Below, one piece after another: positions 1 to 8,822 of a DNA stretch of 23,153 nt (positions are counted from its first letter, which is position 1; each line of letters opens with the position of its first letter). The DNA comes from an uncultured bacterium. GTDB lineage: Bacteria; Abyssobacteria; SURF-5. Location of the stretch: assembly GCA_964510165.1 (NCBI GenBank), contig CAZEBC010000048.1:1-23153 (forward strand), in the 5' to 3' direction. The notes under the pieces were generated by a model. The model saw nothing but the letters and a program-made list of their open reading frames with translations, did not search any database and was not told where the DNA came from. A program made the translations under genes and the position numbers.

Positions 1-7
1 CCTCCGG

Positions 8-37
8 TTGACATGTGTTGCAGGCAGGTGGTAAAGT
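8..37 (+). promoter_or_regulatory. sigma70-type promoter for the SPOR/rmlA unit
   Basis: TTGACA (8-13), 18-nt spacer, TG-G-TAAAGT extended -10 (29-37), 44 nt upstream of ATG 82. Confidence 0.6.
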
Positions 38-81
38 GAGAGCCGAACGGGAACCGGCCCGTACACTGTTAGCCAACTATT

Positions 82-669
82 ATGAGGACGGGATTCGGAC
101 AACTGATCTGCCTGATTGTCGGCATCTTTCTGCTGTCGTTTGGCAGCGGGTTGGCCGGCGCCAGGTGGGCCATTCACAAATACGAACGCGAAGCGTTGGA
201 GCAAGCTCCCAGGAAATCGGCCGCCAAGCCGGCATCGCTCGACGAAACTCGTTTGCCTTCATTGGATGAACCCGCCGCGCCCGCGACGGACCAGTCTTCT
301 CCCGCGTTGCCGGAGCAGATTCCTGACCCCCTTCCGGAACCCGCCGCCGCGCCATCCATGATGATGGCGGAACCGAAAAACGAGCCTCAGACACCCTCCT
401 CACAGAACGCATTCAGTCCTGGGGCGCCCTCGAAGCTCGTGATCCAGGCGATCTCCACGTCCAAGAGGCAGGAGGCGATGACCGCTCGCAACACCTTCAT
501 TGACCAGGGGCTTCCGGCGGGCATATTCGAAGTTGATCTCGGAGAAAAGGGAAAGTGGTATCGGGTCTATATCGGCCCGTACGATTCGGAAGAAGAAGCC
601 CGAGCGGCCCTTGAGTCGGTTCGCCAGATTCCCGGCTTCAAGGCAAGCTTCGTCAAATCGCTCGACTGA
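82..669 (+). CDS. SPOR-domain (peptidoglycan-binding) membrane-anchored protein, FtsN/DedD-like
   Basis: N-terminal TM helix (LICLIVGIFLLSFGSGL), Pro/Ala/Ser-rich linker, C-terminal SPOR signature GKWYRVYIGPYDSEEEARAALESV. Confidence 0.88.
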   Translation: MRTGFGQLICLIVGIFLLSFGSGLAGARWAIHKYEREALEQAPRKSAAKPASLDETRLPSLDEPAAPATDQSSPALPEQIPDPLPEPAAAPSMMMAEPKNEPQTPSSQNAFSPGAPSKLVIQAISTSKRQEAMTARNTFIDQGLPAGIFEVDLGEKGKWYRVYIGPYDSEEEARAALESVRQIPGFKASFVKSLD

Positions 670-699
670 TGGTTCGCACTGGAAGAAAGGAACCGCACG

Positions 700-1425
700 A
701 TGAAAGGAATCGTATTGGCGGGCGGATTGGGAACGCGCCTCTACCCCCTCACCAAAGTCACCAACAAGCACCTGCTCCCCATATACAACAAGCCCATGAT
801 CTTCTATCCGATCGAGACTCTCGTGGAGGCGGGCATCACGGACATTCTTCTGGTGACGGGCGGCAACAGCGCCGGCGACTTCCTCAGGCTCATCGGCAAC
901 GGAAAGGAATTCGGGCTCAAGCACATAAACTACACCTATCAGGAAGGCGAGGGAGGCATCGCCGAGGCCCTCGGGCTTGCCGAGCATTTTGCAGCCGGGG
1001 ACATGATAACGGTTATCCTCGGAGACAACATCATCGAGGGCTCGATTCGAAAGGCCGTCAAGGACTTCGAGCGGCAGAAATCGGGCGCAAAGATATTCCT
1101 TAAGGAAGTTCCTGACCCCGAGCGCTTTGGAGTGGCGATACTCGAGGGGGACAAGGTCATACGGATCGATGAGAAGCCGAAGCAGCCAGAGTCGAGCTAT
1201 GCCGTGGTCGGAATATACATGTACGACGGCACGGTGTTTGACATCATAAAGACCCTCCGACCCTCAGATCGCGGTGAACTCGAAATCACCGACGTCAATA
1301 ACGCCTACATTCAGCGTGGCGCGATGACCTATGACATCCTCAACGGCTGGTGGACCGACGCCGGCACCTTCCCTTCCCTGGTCCGCGCCAACAAGCTTGT
1401 GGCAAAACGATACGGCGTCGAATAG
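700..1425 (+). CDS. rmlA: glucose-1-phosphate thymidylyltransferase-like sugar-phosphate nucleotidyltransferase (short RmlA/SpsI type)
   Basis: GIVLAGGLGTRLYPLT..NKHLLPIYNKPMI, LGDN, EKP, RGELEITD, WTDAGT motifs; SD AAAGGA upstream; 241 aa. Confidence 0.9.
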   Translation: MKGIVLAGGLGTRLYPLTKVTNKHLLPIYNKPMIFYPIETLVEAGITDILLVTGGNSAGDFLRLIGNGKEFGLKHINYTYQEGEGGIAEALGLAEHFAAGDMITVILGDNIIEGSIRKAVKDFERQKSGAKIFLKEVPDPERFGVAILEGDKVIRIDEKPKQPESSYAVVGIYMYDGTVFDIIKTLRPSDRGELEITDVNNAYIQRGAMTYDILNGWWTDAGTFPSLVRANKLVAKRYGVE

Positions 1426-1562
1426 CAGACCGAAAGGGATTATTCGCCCTTAAAGGAAACTCCAACTCGCCCCACCTCTGAGGTACGCCATCCTTCCGTC
1501 CGCTCGCAAATGCTCCCTGGACTCCTCCTCTGAAATGCCGACATCTCAAGTCATTCGCGAAG

Positions 1563-1604
1563 TGTGACAAATGTCAACGCATGAAATGTTTCGAATGTTA
1601 TAGT
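1563..1604 (+). promoter_or_regulatory. CRP/FNR-family binding site plus extended -10 (class II activated promoter) for the hemerythrin gene
   Basis: TGTGA-caaatg-TCAAC (1563-1578) resembles TGTGA-N6-TCACA; TG-T-TATAGT at 1596-1604; site centre is about 41 nt upstream of the inferred start (~1611). Confidence 0.6.
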
Positions 1605-1610
1605 GTGTAC

Positions 1611-1771
1611 GAAAGATTCTTGCAAAGGCCCATCCGCAGGCAGGCTAGCAAGTTGCCGGAAACGGCGTAAGAATTGAAAGTAGGTCATTCGGGACTGGCG
1701 AGGACGAGTTTCTGTCCCCCGCACGGGGGGAGGAAAGTCCGTGTTCGACCCAAGAGAAAGGAGAATAGAGA
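1611..1771 (+). other. long structured 5' leader (candidate cis-regulatory RNA) of the hemerythrin gene
   Basis: ATTCTTGC(1616-1623)/GTAAGAAT(1667-1674) encloses a GGCC/GGCT stem and a GCCG-GAAA-CGGC GNRA hairpin (1655-1666); second hairpin GGAC..CCCCC-GCAC-GGGGG..GTCC (1702-1740); SD AAGGAG at 1758-1763. Confidence 0.35.
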
Positions 1772-2317
1772 ATGAAACCCACGGAGATATTGGCGGGCGA
1801 GCATAGCCTGATTCGACAAGCACTGGACAACTTCTCCCTGGCCGTCGAAAAGCTGGAAACAGGGGAAAGGCCATCCAAAGAATTCTTCGAAGGGGCCGTG
1901 CAGTTTGCACGCGTGTTCGCCGACAAATACCATCATTTCAAGGAAGAGTACCTCATGTTCGGGTTGCTGGCTCAAAAGAAGAATGGAGAACTTGACAGCC
2001 AGATTGACTCTTTAAAGCATCAACACGAACGCAGCCGCAATCTCGTGTCGGCAATGGCGAACAGCATTGACGGTTATGTCCGGGGGGATGACGCTCATGC
2101 GACCCTCCTTCTCGAGAACATGGCGGCATATACCTCTCTTCTTAGACACCATATTCACAGGGAGGACCATGTGTTCTATCCAATGGTTGACAAGGAGCTT
2201 TCCCAGGCAGAACAGAAAAGCCTCCTGAACGAGTTCAAGAAAGAGGAACAAAAGCAGGGCGGCAAGACGTTCAAGGAATGTGAGAAGCTCGTAAAGAAGA
2301 TGGGGTCGCTCCTTTAG
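1772..2317 (+). CDS. hemerythrin (HHE cation-binding) domain protein
   Basis: Di-iron ligand pattern H..HxxxE..H..HxxxE: EH, HHFKEE, QH, HIHRED; all-helical 181 aa; strong SD. Confidence 0.92.
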   Translation: MKPTEILAGEHSLIRQALDNFSLAVEKLETGERPSKEFFEGAVQFARVFADKYHHFKEEYLMFGLLAQKKNGELDSQIDSLKHQHERSRNLVSAMANSIDGYVRGDDAHATLLLENMAAYTSLLRHHIHREDHVFYPMVDKELSQAEQKSLLNEFKKEEQKQGGKTFKECEKLVKKMGSLL

Positions 2318-2328
2318 CTTAATCCCTC

Positions 2329-2385
2329 GAAGGAATCGGCCGATTCTTTCGCGGTTGAGGAGCGGGTGCTGGCGGTAATACCCGT
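2329..2385. terminator. hairpins between convergent genes (possible bidirectional terminator)
   Basis: Near-perfect inverted repeat GAAGGAATCG-GC-CGATTCTTTC (2329-2350) and a GCGGGT..ACCCGT stem (2362-2385); no long U tract. Confidence 0.4.
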
Positions 2386-2399
2386 TGCGCATCGCGCCT

Positions 2400-4475
2400 C
2401 TACTCGCCCCCACCGTCTCGGAGGGAGCGGGCAAACGCGCGCGCGCTCGTGTTCCAGGCGTCGCGCTGAAGATACTCTTCGAAAATCCTGACCGCTTCCT
2501 CGCGCCTTCCCTGCTCTTTGTGGGCGAGCGCAAGCAGGGCGTATGCCTCAATGTTGAGGTCGGAGAATCGCGCCGCCTGCTTCAAGGCGGTTTCGGCTTC
2601 CAGGTACATCTTGCGATGAAGGTAAAGCCCCCCCTGGTTTGAGCGGCACTTTGAATACTTTGCCCGGGCGGCGGCATCCGTGAGGAAAGCCCTGTCCTTC
2701 ATCACTCGCGCTTCAAGAGATTCCCAATAGGCAAAATCCGCCCTGACGGCCTCCGGCGGCAGCGACTCGACCCGCTCGCCTTTCAGTTCCATTATCAATC
2801 CCGAAGGAATCGCGAAATCGCGAACCCACTCGATCGGCAGGCCCTCGTCGTAATAGACGGGTCTTCTTGTGATGGCCCGCTGGTACAGTTTGAACAGCAG
2901 GTATCCGTTGACGCGGTTGACGTTGTGGGCGCCGCGCACCCCGTCTCCGGCAGTAGTCGGATGATAGGCTTGCTCATACTCTTCGGAAGACAGGAATTCC
3001 AGGTCAGGAGCATTTCGCGACGCCTCGGCGGCGTAGCTTGGATCGCCGAGTCGGTTGACGCTCAGGATTGTAATGTCCGGCCTTCTTCCCTGTACCCACT
3101 TCAGATACATCGGGATCGAGTATGCCGAGTCGGTGCCTGCAAATAACACCGCGCCTTCTGGGAGACGGTTGATCAGTGCGATGCCGTACGTGCGGCCATA
3201 ACCCTTCCCGCGCATTCCGCAATCGGCCCAATGCGCGAAGACATTGCTTATGGGCACGATGAGCCAGAGCGTCGCGAATACGGCGACCGGGATCGGTTCG
3301 CGCCTGAGGCGCCGGGAGGCCCTCAACCCCAGCAAGCCGATTGTCCCGATTCCGTATCCCACCCATATCGAAAGCACTATGGAAGAAGGAATGAAATATA
3401 TCTTCAGCAGGTTCTGCGCATTCAGGTCGAGTTCCGTGTTCGCGATGACAACCAGCAATACTCCCCCGCATACGAATGCGGCCGCCGTAAACGCCAGCCA
3501 GATTGCGCCCTCCCTCCGCGTAAACCACAGGCAGAGCAGGGCCGGAAGCAGCAACACGATGGGGATGGACTCTCTTGCAAGTGACGCGAAAAAGAATCTC
3601 ACCTGTCCCGCGACGGTCGCCAGCGACCGGATCATCTCAAGATTTCGGTATTGTTGCCGAGTGACCAGGAACCGGAAGTTCTCCCACGTGCTCGGGTCGC
3701 CCCAGTTCAGAGGCGGATTCGCAGCCGCTCTGATCGGCAGATACAGATACAGCGCGAGCCCCAAAAGGAACAGGAAGACACAACCGAGCATGACGCGGAC
3801 GGACAATACAATCCGTGGCTTCTTCAGCATGCAATAGAGCACGATTGCGGGCGCCAGCAGGAGCAGCGTCTGATGGTTCGCCTGACCCGCCCCAAACAGG
3901 AATGCGGATGCAAACAGCAGGCCGCGCCTGTCGGTTGACTCGCCCCACAGCGCCAGCAAGAGCAGGATCGCGCAGATCAGCAGATTATTGAGCGCATACA
4001 CTTCCGCCACAACAGCCTGCTGCCAGAAGGTGGGCGAAAACGCGAGACAGAGCGATGCCGTCGCCGCAGCCGAGCCCGTGATCATCCCCGCCACCGGCGA
4101 GTCCATCGTTTCCCGCGTCACTATTCCGGCGCACACCGTTGGCACGGTGCGAGATATGACAAGCGCCAGCAGTCCCACCGCCGCCGCGTCGAAAATGGCC
4201 GACATCAAGTTGAGCCGGTACGCCACCGTGCCTATCGGAAGCAACGAGAAACACTTTCCCAGGAGGAGCCATAAGGGATAGCCCGGCGGATGTGCGACTC
4301 CAAGGGTATACGCAGCGGTTATGAGTTCGCCGGAATCGCCGAATGTGATGGTGGGCGCCAGCGTGAACAGATAGACCGAGAGAGCGGCGACCGAAGCGAA
4401 CATCGCGGGCAGCGCCTCGCGCGCGCGAAGGTCGCCCGGAAACGACCGGACCCTGTCGACATAGCTTTCTCTCAT
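2400..4475 (-). CDS. DUF2723 / GT117 (TMEM260-like) GT-C membrane glycosyltransferase with C-terminal TPR-like repeats
   Basis: Signature TLAPTITFGDSGELITAAYTLGVAHPPGYPLW, AEVY, YLYLPIRA..NPPLNWGDP; many TM helices; C-terminal TPR-like helices; start moved to ATG 4475, which overlaps the upstream TGA (ATGA). Confidence 0.88.
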   Translation of the reverse strand: MRESYVDRVRSFPGDLRAREALPAMFASVAALSVYLFTLAPTITFGDSGELITAAYTLGVAHPPGYPLWLLLGKCFSLLPIGTVAYRLNLMSAIFDAAAVGLLALVISRTVPTVCAGIVTRETMDSPVAGMITGSAAATASLCLAFSPTFWQQAVVAEVYALNNLLICAILLLLALWGESTDRRGLLFASAFLFGAGQANHQTLLLLAPAIVLYCMLKKPRIVLSVRVMLGCVFLFLLGLALYLYLPIRAAANPPLNWGDPSTWENFRFLVTRQQYRNLEMIRSLATVAGQVRFFFASLARESIPIVLLLPALLCLWFTRREGAIWLAFTAAAFVCGGVLLVVIANTELDLNAQNLLKIYFIPSSIVLSIWVGYGIGTIGLLGLRASRRLRREPIPVAVFATLWLIVPISNVFAHWADCGMRGKGYGRTYGIALINRLPEGAVLFAGTDSAYSIPMYLKWVQGRRPDITILSVNRLGDPSYAAEASRNAPDLEFLSSEEYEQAYHPTTAGDGVRGAHNVNRVNGYLLFKLYQRAITRRPVYYDEGLPIEWVRDFAIPSGLIMELKGERVESLPPEAVRADFAYWESLEARVMKDRAFLTDAAARAKYSKCRSNQGGLYLHRKMYLEAETALKQAARFSDLNIEAYALLALAHKEQGRREEAVRIFEEYLQRDAWNTSARAFARSLRDGGGE

Positions 4476-5935
4476 TTTCGGAAGGGAGGAAATTTCAAGA
4501 AGCTCCGTCGAAAGTTGTACCACATGTCCTTATGCGACGGCATCTGTATCAGCCGGGGGACCACCAGGAAAACCAGGAACGATTTCAGAAGCCACTTGTA
4601 CCAGCCGCGCTCGAGCAGCCTCTCGATGGCGCCCGGCTTGAGAAACGGGATAAGCGTGAACAACGCCTGAATCCTCGCAAGCGGCTCGATGTCCTTCACC
4701 GACCCGCCCTTGAAGTAGTCGCGTTCCACGCCTTCCTCGATGGCCTCGACGTCTTCCTCCGTCAAGAGGTTGTGTGAACGCGCAAGCTCTATGATCTCGG
4801 TCCCCGGATAATAACGCATCCAGAAGCAGTTTATGTGGTCGGGCCTCACCCGCGAGTACTGACGCACCGCCTCGATGTAATCGGACTCCTCATGGAGCGG
4901 CAGGCCGAAGATGTGGTCAACGTCGAGATAGATGCCGGCGCGTTTGACCGCACGGCACGCCCTGATGATCTGCTCGTTGGTCTCGTATCGGTGACAGACC
5001 TTGCGTCTAAGCTCTTCATTCCACGTTTGCACTCCGAGCTGGATTCGCTTGCAGCCCGCATCGGCGAGCATGGAGGCCATGTCGTAATCCACGTGTCTCG
5101 CGCTGCCGATGCACCTGAAGATGGTCCCGATCTCCTTCTTATACAGCGCCAGGAACTCCGTGAGCCATCTCCGGTCGCTGACGAAATCGTCGTCCACGAA
5201 GAAGACCATCTTGAATGGATACTTACTCTTCGCCTGGATGAGTTCCTCGATGACGTTCCCCACGCTTCGCTTCCGCAGATAATTCTTCACCCCGTAGGTC
5301 TTATTGATAAGATTGTTGCAGCAGTAGGTGCAGGAATACGGGCATCCCCGGCTGGTCAGCGCGTAATAGATTTCGCCGTACACCGGCACCTTCTCTATGA
5401 ATATGGATTTGTCCGGGAAGGGCAGCGAGTCAATGTCGGCAATCGGCGGACGCACCGGATTCCGCGCCACCTCGCCGTTCATCTTGCACCACACGTTGGG
5501 TATACGAGACGGATTGTTGCCGCGCTCGAGCCCGCTCACGAGGTCAAGCAGCGCATACTCGCTCTCGCCGACGACCACATAATCCACAAATGGGCGCTGA
5601 ATGACCCGATGCGGCAGCGCCGTGACGTGGATTCCTCCAAACACCACGGGAACATCTCGGATGGCCTTGAATTCCTCCGCCACCGCGCAGGCCCACTGGT
5701 AGTAGTCGGACACCACCGAGAACGCGACGACATCGGGCTTTTCGGCCGCGATGCGCGCCGCCACTTTCGCGGGCCGGTTCGCGCGTCTCCAGGCGCCCGG
5801 TATGTTGATGTATTCGCCATCCAGCAGATAGGATTCATACGCGAGCGAGGTCTGATGGCCGTGCTGTCGGAGGACGGCGGAAAGGTACTCGATCGCGAGG
5901 GACTCGGCCTCCTTGTAAACGAAAACCACTTTCAT
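4472..5935 (-). CDS. cobalamin (B12)-binding radical SAM protein (class B methyltransferase-like)
   Basis: N-terminal B12-binding domain (SLAIEYLSAVL, KPDVVAFS, VVFGGIHVT, VVGESE) and RGCPYSCTYC CxxxCxxC motif, FVDDDF, IFGLP. Confidence 0.92.
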   Translation of the reverse strand: MKVVFVYKEAESLAIEYLSAVLRQHGHQTSLAYESYLLDGEYINIPGAWRRANRPAKVAARIAAEKPDVVAFSVVSDYYQWACAVAEEFKAIRDVPVVFGGIHVTALPHRVIQRPFVDYVVVGESEYALLDLVSGLERGNNPSRIPNVWCKMNGEVARNPVRPPIADIDSLPFPDKSIFIEKVPVYGEIYYALTSRGCPYSCTYCCNNLINKTYGVKNYLRKRSVGNVIEELIQAKSKYPFKMVFFVDDDFVSDRRWLTEFLALYKKEIGTIFRCIGSARHVDYDMASMLADAGCKRIQLGVQTWNEELRRKVCHRYETNEQIIRACRAVKRAGIYLDVDHIFGLPLHEESDYIEAVRQYSRVRPDHINCFWMRYYPGTEIIELARSHNLLTEEDVEAIEEGVERDYFKGGSVKDIEPLARIQALFTLIPFLKPGAIERLLERGWYKWLLKSFLVFLVVPRLIQMPSHKDMWYNFRRSFLKFPPFRK

Positions 5936-5948
5936 ATCTCGACGAGGA

Positions 5949-7025
5949 TCAGGTGACCTTCTCCCACTGAGCCGATTCCCTTACTTTCAACGTGAGCACG
6001 TCCAGCCACCCCAGCACGATGCCGTATTGTTGCATGATGGGGAAATACTGGCCCGTCAGCGCGACGAGCGGAAGCCCGACCATGCCGATGGCCGCGGCAA
6101 CCTTCCAATTCCACCACGCCAGATACGCTATCACGTACAAATACATCAACGGCGAGAAAATGGCCAGCACCCGCCTCACCGGATACACCAGAAGGCCGAA
6201 CCACCCGTAGCGAGGATTGAGCAGCATATGGATGTAAAGGAAGAGCGTCGGGATGGTCAGCGCCACTCGCCGGCGTATCTGTTTCAGTTCGGAACTGAAA
6301 GTTTGCGGGCTCGTCTCATATACGAGCGCGTTTGCGTCAATCACCACCCGATATCCCTTCGAACGAAGCCGGAGGGTGATCTCCAGGTCGTCCACCACGG
6401 CATTGGATGGGATTTCCGGAAGCAAGCTCTTGCGGAACGCCATCAGTTTGCCGTCAAGGCTGATTGCGCTGTCGAGTATCCCCTCCAAGGTGCGCAGTTC
6501 CCAGTCGGACTTGTGGTATTTCAGCTTGCTCCTGCCGAAGAACGAGCGCGTTTCCTCAAGCACCGCTTTTCCGCCCACCGCGCCTATGTCCGCGCTCGCG
6601 AAGCACGTGACGATGGACCCGATCGCCTCTCGCTTCAGCCGCGTATCGGCGTCCGTGACCGCGATAATCTCGGATTTCGCGTGGCGCACACCCTCGTTGA
6701 TGGCGTTTATCTTGCCCCTGCGCGAGTCGAGCACTCTCACAGGATACGACTCCGCGATCGTGCGGGTCCGGTCTTCCGAGGAATTGTCCACTATCAGGAT
6801 TTCAAGCTTGTCCGAAGGATAATCGAGGGCCAGAAGGTCCTCGATCTTGCGCGCGATGTTCTTCTCTTCATTGAAGGCCGGGACAACCACTGTTACCGAC
6901 GGCGTCTGTTCGGTCCGAGCGAGCGCTTTCCCTCGCGTCAGATACCTGAGCAGCGCCCCATAGCCGAGCACAAGGAACACCAGATACGCGAGCGACAGAT
7001 AGAAAAGGACAGCCCAGATGCTCAT
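5949..7025 (-). CDS. GT2 glycosyltransferase, CESA/PgaC-like membrane type
   Basis: N-terminal TM, VVVPAFNEE, IVDNSSED, TDAD (DxD), DD, QIRRR (QxxRW variant), C-terminal TM helices. Confidence 0.9.
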   Translation of the reverse strand: MSIWAVLFYLSLAYLVFLVLGYGALLRYLTRGKALARTEQTPSVTVVVPAFNEEKNIARKIEDLLALDYPSDKLEILIVDNSSEDRTRTIAESYPVRVLDSRRGKINAINEGVRHAKSEIIAVTDADTRLKREAIGSIVTCFASADIGAVGGKAVLEETRSFFGRSKLKYHKSDWELRTLEGILDSAISLDGKLMAFRKSLLPEIPSNAVVDDLEITLRLRSKGYRVVIDANALVYETSPQTFSSELKQIRRRVALTIPTLFLYIHMLLNPRYGWFGLLVYPVRRVLAIFSPLMYLYVIAYLAWWNWKVAAAIGMVGLPLVALTGQYFPIMQQYGIVLGWLDVLTLKVRESAQWEKVT

Positions 7026-7029
7026 AGAT

Positions 7030-8109
7030 TCACTTCGCGGTCAGAAACCGTCTTGCCATCGCCAGAGCCAAACGTGTGGGCTGAAACAATATATTAATGG
7101 TTTGATAGCAAGGATGATAACAATAACATGAGCCGTCCGCCACAGCCTTTCTCGCGGCTCGCGACGCCTCGGTCCGGACCAGTGAGTCATAGTTGTAATC
7201 GTGTTCTCTGAACGATCCGAATGGCTCAAGCATTTCGCACAGCGAGGCTTCGCCCGAGGCCCCCAGCACGAGGGTGGCGCGGTCCGCAAGGCAGCGAATT
7301 GTCTGCCTTCGCTCGCGCCGGATCCGGAAAAACTCATCGTAGTAATAATCCATCACCGCCGCATAGGTGGCCTTCAACAACCTGTGGTGTCTTCGCAGCC
7401 TCTCATAGCCGCCATAATGCCGCAGCACGGCCTTGATCTTCCCTGCAAGTTCGGGAAGCGCCTCTTCGGGCGGGAGCGTGACCGAATCGCTGGCTGGAGC
7501 GCCCCGGATGAAATCGAACGTGTGAACATCGGGCCTGAGCCGCTCCACGAAATCCCTGATTTCGTCGAATCGAGTGTAATTCAGATTGCTTAAGACCGTA
7601 TGGAACTTCACCGATAGGTTGGGAAGCCTGCTCTTCAATGGCTTGACCGACTCCCACGTCTTCATCAAGGCGTCGAAGTTGCCCGGGCATCCTCTCAGCC
7701 TGTCGTGCTCCTCACCAATGCCGTCTATCGAAAGCACAAGGTTCATCGTGGACTCGCCGATCACGCCGCATATGCGCTCTGTCATGGCGGTTATCCGCTC
7801 GGGCAACAACGCATTGGTTGGCAGGGTCACGTGCCGGACCCCGTTGGTCTGGCAGAAAATGAACACGATCTCCGGCAGGTCGCTTCGGAGAGAAGGCTCG
7901 CCGCCGGAGAGCAGAAGCCAGGGAAATCCCGGCAGTGACGCCGTGATTTTTCGTATCTCGCCCAGGTCGAGTTCAGGCGTGGCGACAAGCTCTCTTTTCC
8001 AACTGAAACAGGAAAGACATCGGGAATTGCATCTTCTTGTTACGTGGTAGATGACCTGAAAGAGGCCGGCCTTTCTGCGGAATCGAATATAATCGGTCAG
8101 CGCGCTCAT
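7030..8109 (-). CDS. radical SAM protein with C-terminal twitch/SPASM-like auxiliary Fe-S domain
   Basis: CNSRCLSC motif, SGGEP, LPTNA, LSIDG..HDRLRG; C-terminal C-x17-C and CxCxxxC; start moved to ATG 8109 (ATGA overlap with upstream gene). Confidence 0.88.
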   Translation of the reverse strand: MSALTDYIRFRRKAGLFQVIYHVTRRCNSRCLSCFSWKRELVATPELDLGEIRKITASLPGFPWLLLSGGEPSLRSDLPEIVFIFCQTNGVRHVTLPTNALLPERITAMTERICGVIGESTMNLVLSIDGIGEEHDRLRGCPGNFDALMKTWESVKPLKSRLPNLSVKFHTVLSNLNYTRFDEIRDFVERLRPDVHTFDFIRGAPASDSVTLPPEEALPELAGKIKAVLRHYGGYERLRRHHRLLKATYAAVMDYYYDEFFRIRRERRQTIRCLADRATLVLGASGEASLCEMLEPFGSFREHDYNYDSLVRTEASRAARKAVADGSCYCYHPCYQTINILFQPTRLALAMARRFLTAK

Positions 8110-8822
8110 TTTTTGTCGAACATGTGTTTGAACTTCAACGCCCACATGCGCCAGACCGCCTCCCATACAATCCCGTACGTTATCTTCGACTCCCCGATCT
8201 TGCGGTCAACAAATACAATGGATACTTCCTTGATGCGAAATCCCCTCTTCCAGACCATGTAGCTGGTCTCTATCTGGAACGAATATCCGTTGGAATGGAT
8301 TCTGTCGAGGTCTAGCTGCTGGAGCAATTCCCTCCGGAAACACTTGTAACCCGCGGTGACGTCGGTAAAGGGCAGCCCTGTGATTGTGCGGGCGTACCAA
8401 TTGCCTATCTTGCTTATGATCAGGCGGTTCAGAGGCCAATTCACAATACTGATGCCGTTCAGGTACCGCGATCCCACCACAAGATCGGCCTCCTGCATCG
8501 CCGCCAGAAAGTCCGGAATATATTTGGGATCGTGCGAAAAGTCGGCGTCCATCTCGAATACATACTTGGCGTCGGTGTGCTGGATGGCGTATTTGAATCC
8601 GTCAATGTACGCCGAGCCAAGCCCCATTCTCTCAGGCCGGTGCAGAACGCGAACCCTGCCCGTTTCACGCGCGAACTTGTCGGCCAACTGCCCCGTGCCG
8701 TCGGAGGAGTTGTCGTCCACTACCAGGACATGAAGGTCATCGTCCACGGCCAGTACGATCGGCACCAGCTTTTCAAGGTTCTCCCGTTCATTCAAGGTTG
8801 GTATGACTACAAGAGCTTTCAT
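8106..8822 (-). CDS. polyprenol-monophosphomannose synthase-like GT2 (Ppm1/DPM1 type)
   Basis: VIPTLNERENL, VVDDNSSDGTG, GLGSAY..GF, EMDADFSHDP, GSRY, DVTAGYKCFRR, GYSFQIE, FVDRKIGESK; start at ATG 8822. Confidence 0.9.
   Translation of the reverse strand: MKALVVIPTLNERENLEKLVPIVLAVDDDLHVLVVDDNSSDGTGQLADKFARETGRVRVLHRPERMGLGSAYIDGFKYAIQHTDAKYVFEMDADFSHDPKYIPDFLAAMQEADLVVGSRYLNGISIVNWPLNRLIISKIGNWYARTITGLPFTDVTAGYKCFRRELLQQLDLDRIHSNGYSFQIETSYMVWKRGFRIKEVSIVFVDRKIGESKITYGIVWEAVWRMWALKFKHMFDKK

Noticed and set aside
1621-1660. GCAAA...AGC..GTTGCCG resembles a c-di-GMP-I riboswitch
   Set aside because: The GGCAAACC..GAAA..GGACGCAAA first hairpin is missing, so the resemblance is only partial
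1725-1750. GGGGAGGAAAGTCC resembles the RNase P RNA CR-I signature
   Set aside because: A full rnpB would run ~300 nt into the hemerythrin CDS, no matching 3' conserved region (ACAGAA..CGGC) was found, and the motif is explained as the 3' arm of a local hairpin
1688-1760. CGGGACTGGCGA resembles the 5' part of the ZTP (pfl) riboswitch
   Set aside because: The GGGGAGCG segment and the 3' CGCCUGGGC pseudoknot hairpin are absent, and the gene context does not fit
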